Of a stretch of 64,000 nt of DNA, positions 22,105 through 30,854 are shown in pieces. The translations under genes and the position numbers were made by a program. The DNA comes from Desulfurococcales archaeon. Lineage in GTDB: Archaea > Thermoproteota > Thermoprotei_A > Sulfolobales > Desulfurococcaceae. The notes below the pieces were generated by a model. The model ran no database searches. It was not told where the DNA came from and saw only the letters and a list, made by a program, of their open reading frames with translations. Every line of letters begins with the position of its first letter. The first letter of the stretch is position 1. The DNA is taken from contig JALVYU010000007.1 in the NCBI GenBank assembly GCA_027022365.1, positions 125,007 to 189,006 of the forward strand, written 5' to 3'.

Positions 22105-22232
22105 CTAAAATAGTTGTAGTATTTTCTAGCCTTTATAATAACTTCCGCTAAGATGTTGCTATGATCATATAAATTTGTCCTTTGGAATAACACCTCTTTC
22201 TTTTATGGGTTGAAAAACAAGAATAATAATAG

Positions 22233-24062
22233 GTGAGCTTAATGGCCAGTGAGAAAGCGGTGTCCGCAGAGAGCGATATGCCATTCATGATACTAGCAGA
22301 GACATTCGAAAAAATAGAGGTCATATCCTCGAGAACCCAGATGACAGTTCTGCTTGTCAATTTATTCAAGCAGACACCACCAGCTATCATAGATAAGGTT
22401 GTCTATCTATTACAGGGCAAGCTTTGGCCTGACTGGTACGGTATGCCGGAGCTCGGCATAGGAGAGAAGATGCTCATAAAGGCGATAGCCCTAGCAACCA
22501 ATTCTACCGAGTCAGAAGTGGAAAAGCTCTATAAGACCCTAGGCGATCTAGGGAAGGCCGCCGAAAAACTCAGAGCTAAAGCTGAGAAGATAATGTCAAA
22601 ATCCTCGATCCTAGCCTTCGTATCGGTACGTCGCGAGCTCACGGTTCTCCGTGTATATGAGACGTTGTCAAGAATAGCTATGGCTCAAGGAGAGGGGAGT
22701 AGGGACATCAAGCTAAAACTGCTTGCGGGACTTATTAGCGAGGCCTCACCTAAAGAGGCTAAGTACATTGTCAGATTCGTCGAGGGAAGACTAAGGCTCG
22801 GCATAGGTGACGCGACAATAATGGATGCCCTCGCTATTGTCTATGGTGGAGGAGTTCATGCTAGGCCGGTCATTGAGAGGGCATATAACCTCCGAGCAGA
22901 CCTGGGTAATGTCGCTAAAATACTTGCAACTCAAGGAATAGATGCATTGAAGAATATAAAGCCCCAGGTCGGAATACCGATCAGACCCATGCTCGCCGAG
23001 AGGCTTAACAACCCGGTGGAAATGCTCAAAAAAGTAGGTGGAAAAGCCTATGTAGAATACAAGTATGATGGTGAAAGGGCTCAGATCCATAAGGACGGCG
23101 ACAAGATCTGGATATATTCTCGAAGACTAGAAAACATAACGAGACAATATCCAGACGTTGTGGAGTATGCGAGAAAATACATAAAGGCTAAACAAGCCAT
23201 CGTTGAGGGAGAAATCGTAGCATATGATCCGGAGACAGGCGAGCTAAGGCCTTTCCAGGAGCTAATGCATAGGAAGAGGAAACACGACATACACATAGCG
23301 ATCAAGGAATACCCGGTAAAAGTATTCCTCTTCGACCTACTGTATGCTGATGGTGAAGACTACACTACGAAACCGTTGCCGATCCGTAGAGAGAAGCTAA
23401 AAGAAATAATCGAGGAAACAGACGTGTTCAGACTAGCTGAATATATCGAGACAAGCGATCCTGAAGAGCTAGAGAAGTTCTTCCTCAAGGCTATCGAGGA
23501 TGGCGCCGAAGGAGTCATGGTGAAAGCCCTCCATGAACGCTCCATATACCAGGCTGGTACAAGAGGATGGCTCTGGATAAAGTATAAGCGGGACTATAAG
23601 AGCGAGATGATAGACACAGTAGACCTAGTGGTCGTCGGCGCGTTCTACGGCAGAGGTAGAAGAGGAGGAAAGTATGGCGCGCTCCTCATGGCATCCTATA
23701 ATCCCGAGAAGGACGTGTTTGAGACAGTATGTAAGGTTGGAAGTGGTTTCAAGGACGAGGATCTAGACAGGCTGCCCGAGATGCTCCAGCCCTATATTAT
23801 CGATAGAAAGCATCCCCGAGTCGTATCTAAGATGCAACCCGATGTATGGGTTACTCCGGCTCTTGTGGCAGAGATCATTGGAGCCGAGCTAACACTTAGT
23901 CCTCTGCATACTTGTTGTCTCGACAAGGTAAAACCTGGTGTGGGCATATCGATCAGGTTTCCAAGATTCATAAGATGGAGACCGGATAAATCGCCCGAGG
24001 ATGCAACAACGAGCCAAGAGCTTCTAGAGATGTATAAGCGCCAGTTAAAGAAGATTATATGA
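22233..24062 (+). CDS. lig: ATP-dependent DNA ligase
   Basis: [35 protein letters not shown]. Confidence 0.97.
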   Translation: MSLMASEKAVSAESDMPFMILAETFEKIEVISSRTQMTVLLVNLFKQTPPAIIDKVVYLLQGKLWPDWYGMPELGIGEKMLIKAIALATNSTESEVEKLYKTLGDLGKAAEKLRAKAEKIMSKSSILAFVSVRRELTVLRVYETLSRIAMAQGEGSRDIKLKLLAGLISEASPKEAKYIVRFVEGRLRLGIGDATIMDALAIVYGGGVHARPVIERAYNLRADLGNVAKILATQGIDALKNIKPQVGIPIRPMLAERLNNPVEMLKKVGGKAYVEYKYDGERAQIHKDGDKIWIYSRRLENITRQYPDVVEYARKYIKAKQAIVEGEIVAYDPETGELRPFQELMHRKRKHDIHIAIKEYPVKVFLFDLLYADGEDYTTKPLPIRREKLKEIIEETDVFRLAEYIETSDPEELEKFFLKAIEDGAEGVMVKALHERSIYQAGTRGWLWIKYKRDYKSEMIDTVDLVVVGAFYGRGRRGGKYGALLMASYNPEKDVFETVCKVGSGFKDEDLDRLPEMLQPYIIDRKHPRVVSKMQPDVWVTPALVAEIIGAELTLSPLHTCCLDKVKPGVGISIRFPRFIRWRPDKSPEDATTSQELLEMYKRQLKKII

Positions 24063-24166
24063 ATAATTTTTGATATAATATTAACTCAAGCACATCATAT
24101 AATTTTTCACCAAAATATCACTTCTACACAGAGAATATCAGCGAGACAGACAATCCAAAAATATGG

Positions 24167-24949
24167 ATGATAACCATGACATACATAGTGGTCTTCACTG
24201 GACCGGCTGGATCGGGAAAAACCACGTTGACAAAAATATATGGTGAATGGCTAAGAACCACTATGTTCTTGAACGTATGTCAGGTAAATATGGATCCAGG
24301 AGCAGAGATCTTACCCTATAGGCCGTGCCTGGATATACGCGAGTTCATTACCATAAAAGACATAATGAAAGAGCATGGCCTAGGCCCAAATGGCGCGTTC
24401 ATGAAAGCTGTCGAACTAATTTCTAAGATAATGGACAAAATAATGAGAAATAAGCCATTCAATGAACCTGAACACTGGGATGTCATAATAGTCGATACTC
24501 CTGGGCAGCTGGAAGCGTTTATTTTCAGGCCTGAGACTCGTGAAATACTGGAAAGACTGCAGGAGATAGGGAGGACGGTTATAGCGTACCTGATTGACTC
24601 TTCTATGATAAGAACCTCTACTGATGCTATTACAATGTGGTTTCTAGGAATACTACTTCAAGTTAAAATAGGCATTGACGTGATCCCCGTAATTACTAAA
24701 GCAGATACACTTAGTAAAACAAGAGAAAACATAGTAAGAAGATTAATAACAAGTCCCGAGAAGCTACTGGAAGACATTAAGGATTCTGAAGGTATTGTAT
24801 CAGATATTCTCCCGGAACTTATCTCAATAGCAGTAAAGACGCGTGGTGCATACCGACCTGTACTTGTATCAATTAATAACCGGGAAAGCATCGAAGATCT
24901 CCATTTTGTGCTTCATGAGGCTGCATGTTCATGCGGTGATCTGACATGA
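24167..24949 (+). CDS. GPN-loop GTPase
   Basis: GPAGSGKT, N.DPG, LGPNGA, DTPGQ, TKAD. Confidence 0.92.
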   Translation: MITMTYIVVFTGPAGSGKTTLTKIYGEWLRTTMFLNVCQVNMDPGAEILPYRPCLDIREFITIKDIMKEHGLGPNGAFMKAVELISKIMDKIMRNKPFNEPEHWDVIIVDTPGQLEAFIFRPETREILERLQEIGRTVIAYLIDSSMIRTSTDAITMWFLGILLQVKIGIDVIPVITKADTLSKTRENIVRRLITSPEKLLEDIKDSEGIVSDILPELISIAVKTRGAYRPVLVSINNRESIEDLHFVLHEAACSCGDLT

Positions 24950-25053
24950 ACGTGTTACTTAATTATAATTCAACTCCGAATGCATTAGGAACTTTATCCA
25001 TTCATAATAAATGATAATAAGCACTATAAATACTCGAATACTCACTAGAAAAA

Positions 25054-25128
25054 TGGGTGGGAACCCCCTTTGACGAACACCCGTTACGGGACATGGGGAT
25101 GATAAGGGGGGCCTTGCGGCCGCCAATA
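25054..25128 (+). ncRNA. candidate H/ACA-type guide sRNA
   Basis: TATAAATA at 25025-25032; upper stem CCCCCTT/AAGGGGG, K-turn-like TGA/GATGA, internal pocket, ATA box 15 nt after the upper stem. Confidence 0.55.
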
Positions 25129-25159
25129 CTACTGAAGTCAGTGATGGTGTGAAGCAGAG

Positions 25160-26827
25160 TTGGTCTACAAGCCAAGAACAGGGCTCGAAAAATACTATGC
25201 AGTTCTCTTCAGGCTTCCCGGCATACCCACTCTTGTAGCAGTAACACTCCTAATCAACATCGCAGCCTATCTAGTCAATAAGCGTGTCTTGTTCCCAGCT
25301 TTCCTCCTCTACATCCTGACGGTTTCTATCATACTCATTTACTCGAAGCTTTTCAATGGCCCATTAAGATACGCCAACAGAATACTCATGGCAGGTCTAC
25401 TTATAGAGATATACTCATTGGTACTAATGTTCGTACTTGGTATTAAATATGGCTTAATAGCATCTAGTATTCTCTTAATAATAATAGTTTTAGGTATAAA
25501 TGGCACGTCTATTCAGAACTATATCGTGGCAGTGATCCCAGTAATCATTACGTATGTCGTATATTATGGATTTGAACCGATACTATTTATTGGTATTACG
25601 ATCGCCGTACTATTGGATTTCATTATCTACAAGATAATGTCAATTCATAAACTAGCGGGGTACCCAGCCCCCGATCTTGGAACTCTTTTCGTAAAGAACT
25701 GGCTAGATAGGGACAGAGCGATCGAACAGGTATTCAAAGAGATTAGTTCTGAACAACAAGTGAAGCCAAGGATCCTGAAGCTTGGAAACGGGTTTGTCGT
25801 GTACACTGATATACATTATGGGCCGTTCTCAAATGTTGGGAGCAGTATGTTTCCAAGAGTGCTCGAGGAATTATTAAGATATCCCGTTATAGCCCTTCAT
25901 GGGGCTGGAAGCCATGATAGGGATGTACCGTCTTTTGATCTCTCTAGGAAATACGCTGAGAAAATAGCGCAGTGTATAAATGGATCATGCGAATTTCATG
26001 CGTTGAGAGGATATAGCCCATTCAGTATCAAGATTGAGGATGGATGGAAGTTTCTTGTTATACCGTTTGACAAGCTTAACTTAGTGCTCATATCTAGATC
26101 TAAGGGTATAGATGATCTGCCATATGAGTATCAGACTTGGGTCGGGAAAATATGTGAAAATAAACGCCTTCCCGACACGATAATTGTTGATTGTCATAAT
26201 CATGAAGTAGAGGAGCCCATGAATTTCGATGTATTGAGAAAAGGCCTAGAACAAGTGATCGGAAGAATAGAAGAGGTCACAACAACCAGTGAGCCCAAAG
26301 AGGTTTTGGGGAGAATAGTTGTTGTTGGAAACATTAGATCACTAGGTGTCATAGGAGATAAAATTTATGGAGTAGACCTTGTCTGGCCTGACGAGGGTCA
26401 CCGAGTCGTACTCGTATATATTCCAGGCAATAATATGGAGCCGGGATTATGTGAAAAGATACGTAGAAGAGTAGCTGATCAGCTAAATTTGGATATTAAC
26501 TATGTTGAAGTCCTAACTAATGATGAGCACACAGAAACAGGTGTTTATTCGTCATCAACATATTATCCGGTCATAGAGACGAGGGAGCTTCTGAGAGGAA
26601 TAGATACACTTATTGAGAAGTTGAAAGCGCAGGGTAGCGAATACCATGAAGTCAAATATGCTTTCTTCAAATACACTGTTCCCCTGCTTAACGACTCAGC
26701 TTATAAACTCGTTGAAATAGTTAAGAAAAATGTCCCCTTATCATCAGTTCTTCTTCTAGGCTATCTGTTCCTAGGACCATTTCTAGTCGGTTACATGACG
26801 AGCCTCATAGACTACTTTATTCATTAG
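25160..26827 (+). CDS. DUF2070 family membrane protein
   Basis: N-terminal TMs, HYGPF.NVGSS, HGAGSHD.D, DCHN, GNNM. Confidence 0.85.
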   Translation: MVYKPRTGLEKYYAVLFRLPGIPTLVAVTLLINIAAYLVNKRVLFPAFLLYILTVSIILIYSKLFNGPLRYANRILMAGLLIEIYSLVLMFVLGIKYGLIASSILLIIIVLGINGTSIQNYIVAVIPVIITYVVYYGFEPILFIGITIAVLLDFIIYKIMSIHKLAGYPAPDLGTLFVKNWLDRDRAIEQVFKEISSEQQVKPRILKLGNGFVVYTDIHYGPFSNVGSSMFPRVLEELLRYPVIALHGAGSHDRDVPSFDLSRKYAEKIAQCINGSCEFHALRGYSPFSIKIEDGWKFLVIPFDKLNLVLISRSKGIDDLPYEYQTWVGKICENKRLPDTIIVDCHNHEVEEPMNFDVLRKGLEQVIGRIEEVTTTSEPKEVLGRIVVVGNIRSLGVIGDKIYGVDLVWPDEGHRVVLVYIPGNNMEPGLCEKIRRRVADQLNLDINYVEVLTNDEHTETGVYSSSTYYPVIETRELLRGIDTLIEKLKAQGSEYHEVKYAFFKYTVPLLNDSAYKLVEIVKKNVPLSSVLLLGYLFLGPFLVGYMTSLIDYFIH

Positions 26828-26880
26828 ATATTCAGGAGTATTCTTCTAAGTGCTTAGTGCTTAATTAATTAAATGAGGAA

Positions 26881-26928
26881 GGGAGACCGGCCGGTATCCG
26901 CCGCTCTACCAGGCTGAGCTACGGGCCC
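26881..26928 (-). tRNA. split tRNA-Lys(CUU) 5' half (exon 26928-26898, trailer 26897-26881)
   Basis: GGGCCCG TA GCTC AGCCTGGTA GAGC G GCGG gives acceptor 5' strand, D-arm and positions 26-30; followed by ATACCGGCCGGTCTCCC, complementary to the leader of the 3' half. Confidence 0.93.
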
Positions 26929-26961
26929 ATAAGCTCAACCGTATTCTAGTCCCAATTCTGG

Positions 26962-26968
26962 TTATAAA
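26962..26968 (-). promoter_or_regulatory. TATA box of tRNA 5' half
   Basis: TTTATAA on minus strand ~34 nt upstream of mature 5' end. Confidence 0.6.
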
Positions 26969-27040
26969 CGTATCGACCATTGTTTTTAAGGGAGTATTTA
27001 TAAACCATGAGATTGTTTTTAAAAACGGGGGATTTATAAA

Positions 27041-27625
27041 ATGAGCGGGCTAGAAGAGGAGATCTCACTTAATCCTACGACTAAGATAGAGAATATTGTA
27101 GCTACAGTAATACTTGACCAGACTCTCGATCTAAATCTGATCGAGAGTCGTGTCCCTAACGTAACCTATCAGCCAGACCAGTTTCCAGGACTTATACTTA
27201 GACTAGAACGTCCCAAGACAACTGCCCTTATCTTTAAATCAGGCAAAATGGTCGTTACTGGAGCTAAGAGCACAAGCGAGCTCATAGAGGCTGTTAAGAG
27301 AATAATCAAGCTCCTCCGCAAGCATGGGATCAAAATAACATCGAAGCCCAGGATACAGATCCAAAACATCGTGGCGAGCGGGGACATCAACGCGATGGTA
27401 AACCTTGAAAGAGCGGCATATCTCCTCGAGGATAGTATGTATGAGCCGGAGCAGTTCCCCGGTTTAATCCACCGTATGAGGAGCCCCAGGGTAGTGCTCT
27501 TAATATTTAGTAGCGGTAAAATGGTCATAACTGGAGCAAAGGAAGAAAGAGAAGTCGAGGAGGCTGTTAGAAAGATAGCTCAGAAGCTTCTCGAACTAAA
27601 ATGTCTGTTTCCGAGAAGAGGATAA
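27041..27625 (+). CDS. tbp: TATA-box-binding protein
   Basis: two repeats: [25 protein letters not shown] and [28 protein letters not shown]. Confidence 0.98.
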   Translation: MSGLEEEISLNPTTKIENIVATVILDQTLDLNLIESRVPNVTYQPDQFPGLILRLERPKTTALIFKSGKMVVTGAKSTSELIEAVKRIIKLLRKHGIKITSKPRIQIQNIVASGDINAMVNLERAAYLLEDSMYEPEQFPGLIHRMRSPRVVLLIFSSGKMVITGAKEEREVEEAVRKIAQKLLELKCLFPRRG

Positions 27626-27661
27626 CCAGGCTAATAAATCCCTTTACATAAATCCTTTTCT

Positions 27662-27730
27662 TTGAATGATGACGTGGGCAGCCTGAGACCCTCCTACGGG
27701 GGATGAAGACCCTAGTCTCACACTGACAGG
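27662..27730 (+). ncRNA. box C/D guide sRNA
   Basis: C ATGATGA 27666-72, guide CGTGGGCAGC, D' CTGA 27683-86, hairpin, C' ATGAAGA 27703-09, guide CCCTAGTCTCACA, D CTGA 27723-26. Confidence 0.85.
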
Positions 27731-27751
27731 TCCTTCTCGAAGGTGACCTAG

Positions 27752-28186
27752 ATGTTTGTCGAAGGCGTAATCATAGTAGCAGATCTCGATAGATTCGACG
27801 AGTTTGTTGAAAAACATGGACTCAGCCGATATAGACCTAATATTATCACCGGGACACTGACTCATTTATTCTATAACTTCACCAATAGGTGGCGGGGAGT
27901 TGTTGTTTACGGTCTAGATTTTGGAAGGGGTACTGAAGAAATCATAATAGAGATCCCTATGCCTGATGAGTTGGATGGTATTCTTAATGAGCTCAAACGA
28001 ATAAAGAGGACTATTAACGAGCTTGGGGCCTCAATAACTATAGTGGTCGTAAGGGACTATGTGCCATGTAGACCTGCTAGGAATCGTAGGGAAGCGTATT
28101 ATGGGACTCCAGGCAGAAGGAGGGCAATCCGCCTCTTAAAAAGTGTCAAACGTAAAGGAGGAAACACTATTTATATTGAGGTGTAA
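27752..28186 (+). CDS. stand-alone degenerate GGDEF/nucleotidyl-cyclase-like palm domain protein
   Basis: IIVADLDRF, RGTEE at the GGDEF position, C-terminal A..LL..VK.KGGN.I. Confidence 0.55.
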   Translation: MFVEGVIIVADLDRFDEFVEKHGLSRYRPNIITGTLTHLFYNFTNRWRGVVVYGLDFGRGTEEIIIEIPMPDELDGILNELKRIKRTINELGASITIVVVRDYVPCRPARNRREAYYGTPGRRRAIRLLKSVKRKGGNTIYIEV

Positions 28187-28222
28187 GGAAACAATATTAG
28201 TTTTCCATAATTAATGAGTTAC

Positions 28223-28290
28223 GTAGATGATGAGGCCGACATAGTCGGATAAATCCCATAGATTATGAAGAGGGGTCGATTGGCTGAAAA
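28223..28290 (+). ncRNA. box C/D guide sRNA
   Basis: C ATGATGA 28227-33, guide GGCCGACATAGT, D' CGGA, C' ATGAAGA 28265-71, guide GGGGTCGATTGG, D CTGA 28284-87. Confidence 0.85.
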
Positions 28291-28460
28291 TAATTTGTCA
28301 TTCCAAGTTTCAAGTAATAGTCCGTGTACTCTATATAGATCATGAGTATAATGTTTTATATTGCGAGCAAAATATTGAATGGTAGGTATTAATAATGAAT
28401 TAGAATAAATACCGCCTTGGAACAAAGATGTTTAAGTATTTAATATTTATGGTGTAGATT

Positions 28461-29471
28461 TTGTCTGGCGAAGAGCTAGTTGAGATAAAGGTTCATGAAA
28501 GACTTGACGAGTTAAGCAAGAAAATTTCTTCAAGTTCTTTTGAGGCCCACATCACTCTTGAAGGCATATTTCAGGGGATCGAGAGAGTAATTGGTGATAA
28601 GATACCACATGTTTTCAAAATGCTTGCGGAAAGATCAAAGGATACATGTATTTTCGATAGAATAAATCTGAAAAGGAGAACAAGTAGTTGGGACGAAGTT
28701 GTATTACTTCTGTGTAATGGAGTAGTTATCGGTGCACATGGAGAAATTAACGGTCAGAGACTTTATGGCTACAAGCTTTTGGAGCAGCTTTCCTATAACG
28801 TAAATAATAATGTGTATTCTCATATAATCATAGAAGAGACGCTTCTGCCCTCCGAATTTGTGAAGAAATACCTTAATCTCGAAGGCTTTGAAGCAAGGAA
28901 ACAAACGCCCAAACCTGAGGAACGGGGAGCGAAACCAGCCAAGCCCATTGTGAAAGTAGATGCTTATGCTAAAACAACTCAGCTCAATATACCGATAGCG
29001 TCAACTATTCCTGTCGAAACATCGCTTGATAAGACCAAAGTACTTCCTAGAAGACCGATACCGCCTGGTTTCGTGCCTCCTAAGTTTATCGCTATGACGG
29101 ATACACAGAAGCATGAGGCTGAGGAAGAAGATATAGCCGGATCCAAAAAACCGATGACCATTTACTTAGTTATGAGTCTATCCGACAAGGTATTGGATCT
29201 AAGTAATCGCTTGGTAGAGTTGGCCGAGACCGAGGGCATAGGAGTTTCTTATTCTTCATTATCATATAACGGGACAGCTTACATTCTCGAAACAAATGTT
29301 ACAAGAGTTGGATTCATTAGAAAACACGAGAAAATACGTAAGATCGCGGAAAAAATAGCGTCTATCCTTATAGAATGCATGGAGGATTCTCCGCTAAGGT
29401 TTGATCGTGTGATTGTCATCCTTCGTCACGGTTTCGATACTGTTCGTGTTGTGAAAAAAGTATACAGCTAG
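28461..29471 (+). CDS. hypothetical protein, DUF2226-like N-terminal domain, Pro-rich linker
   Basis: VLLLCNGVVIGA resembles DUF2226; low-complexity linker; family tentative. Confidence 0.55.
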   Translation: MSGEELVEIKVHERLDELSKKISSSSFEAHITLEGIFQGIERVIGDKIPHVFKMLAERSKDTCIFDRINLKRRTSSWDEVVLLLCNGVVIGAHGEINGQRLYGYKLLEQLSYNVNNNVYSHIIIEETLLPSEFVKKYLNLEGFEARKQTPKPEERGAKPAKPIVKVDAYAKTTQLNIPIASTIPVETSLDKTKVLPRRPIPPGFVPPKFIAMTDTQKHEAEEEDIAGSKKPMTIYLVMSLSDKVLDLSNRLVELAETEGIGVSYSSLSYNGTAYILETNVTRVGFIRKHEKIRKIAEKIASILIECMEDSPLRFDRVIVILRHGFDTVRVVKKVYS

Positions 29472-29725
29472 ACAAAGTAGTCGCCATGCTTGTATTTCGG
29501 GTATTTGTGGAACTATGAATGCTCATATGGGCTCCTTTATCGTAGGATAATGAAGTATAGTGGAAGAGGAGAGAATATGTGATATATCCAACTCAAGAAA
29601 TACTGGGAAAAACCAAAGGAATTCCGTGGAAGAAAGGCAAAAGGTAAATAGTAATAATAGAGACGGAGCGGCTTCCCAAATGCTACTAGGTTTTCGCAAT
29701 GCCATTAACGTTTAAATAGTCTCAA

Positions 29726-30643
29726 CTATACACCGCATAGTATTAACGCTGTTACTATATCAGAAAAGTCAAGCATTATTACTCTCCTTGTCTCAAAAAT
29801 GTACTCCTTAAGACTAAGAAGATCAGATGAAAGTGATAGAAGAGGCGTTTTTAAGGCCTCCTCTGTGAGTGAGCCTTCATCATTAGATAACCATGCTACC
29901 GGTTTTCCCTGCTCGATTACACAGTACTTCTTAATTATAGGAGATAAGTATTCGGATGCTGAAGGCGTAATAGTAGTTCCTGACTGGTAGGGCCCGATCG
30001 CTGGTACGACTATGACGTAGTTATCTGTTCTGGTTGGGATGAATAAGAATGATGGAAGCTTATATGTACCGAAACATCTCAGGCTCGGATGTTCGTGGCC
30101 GATGATCACAGCATCATATCCAGTTATATCGACGTCTACATGCCCATGTGTTACGAGTATTTTTTCGCTACCTATGTCAATCTCCAATTCTCTTTGGAGC
30201 TCTAGGCCATAATCTCTCAATATCATTCTTAGGAAATTATCGTGATTTCCTCTTATAATCTTTAGATCTTTGATACCTAGGTCATTGAGGATGAATTCTA
30301 GGAGTTCCCTCGTTTCACGCCGCTCTTGACGTAATAGCCTGTCGAAGGCGTGTTTAAGGTCGCCATTTATGATGATTCTTCGAGGCTTAACTAAATTATA
30401 TATGTTCCTTAAACTTTCCTTGATCTTTTTCAGCTGTATCCTCGGAACAATCATTCCTGGAAAATACTTTGCCGCTTTATCGGAATAGTCCAAGCCTCGT
30501 GCAAGGGCTTCTTCAAAGCCTAGATGTAGGTCATTTATGATAATAGCATCGTATTTGCTGATATATAGTGCTGGCTCACCCGGAATTATGTAAATACTCT
30601 CGAACGGTATATTCCTAGGTTTGTAGAGCTTCTCATTCATCAT
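29726..30643 (-). CDS. metallophosphoesterase (COG1407 type)
   Basis: DLHLGFE, NGDLKH, RGNHD, THGH, GHEHP. Confidence 0.9.
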   Translation of the reverse strand: MMNEKLYKPRNIPFESIYIIPGEPALYISKYDAIIINDLHLGFEEALARGLDYSDKAAKYFPGMIVPRIQLKKIKESLRNIYNLVKPRRIIINGDLKHAFDRLLRQERRETRELLEFILNDLGIKDLKIIRGNHDNFLRMILRDYGLELQRELEIDIGSEKILVTHGHVDVDITGYDAVIIGHEHPSLRCFGTYKLPSFLFIPTRTDNYVIVVPAIGPYQSGTTITPSASEYLSPIIKKYCVIEQGKPVAWLSNDEGSLTEEALKTPLLSLSSDLLSLKEYIFETRRVIMLDFSDIVTALILCGV

Positions 30644-30747
30644 TAAATCGGCACCATATATTCATCTAGCAATATATTGCTACATGGTTTGACGCCTAAG
30701 CATTCCCGTAATATCCTCGTGTTCCGTGATAGAAAAGTATGGGCGAG

Positions 30748-30813
30748 CGGGCCCGCCGGGATTTGAACCCGGGACCTACGGGTTAAGAGCCTCGACTACC
30801 GGCCGGTCTCCCC
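30748..30813 (-). tRNA. split tRNA-Lys(CUU) 3' half (leader 30813-30791, exon 30790-30748)
   Basis: leader GGGGAGACCGGCCGGTAGTCGAG, then G CT CTT AA CCCGT AGGTC CCGGG TTCAAAT CCCGG CGGGCCC G; anticodon CTT; no encoded CCA. Confidence 0.93.
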
Positions 30814-30840
30814 AGGCTCTTCTAGGTATCCCTTCTGGAT

Positions 30841-30854
30841 TATTAAATCTTTCC
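30841..30854 (-). promoter_or_regulatory. BRE/TATA of tRNA 3' half
   Basis: GGAAAGA-TTTAATA on minus strand, TATA ~28 nt upstream of leader. Confidence 0.65.

Noticed and set aside
28290-28460. Possible replication origin in AT-rich spacer
   Set aside because: No repeated ORB elements and no adjacent cdc6/whiP gene.
29523-29705. 60-aa hydrophobic ORF
   Set aside because: No motif or clear SD; cannot be distinguished from a chance ORF.
26881-30813. tRNA fragments as attL/attR of an integrated virus or plasmid
   Set aside because: No integrase, cargo includes tbp, and the halves are complementary non-overlapping parts forming a BHB rather than a duplicated 3' end.
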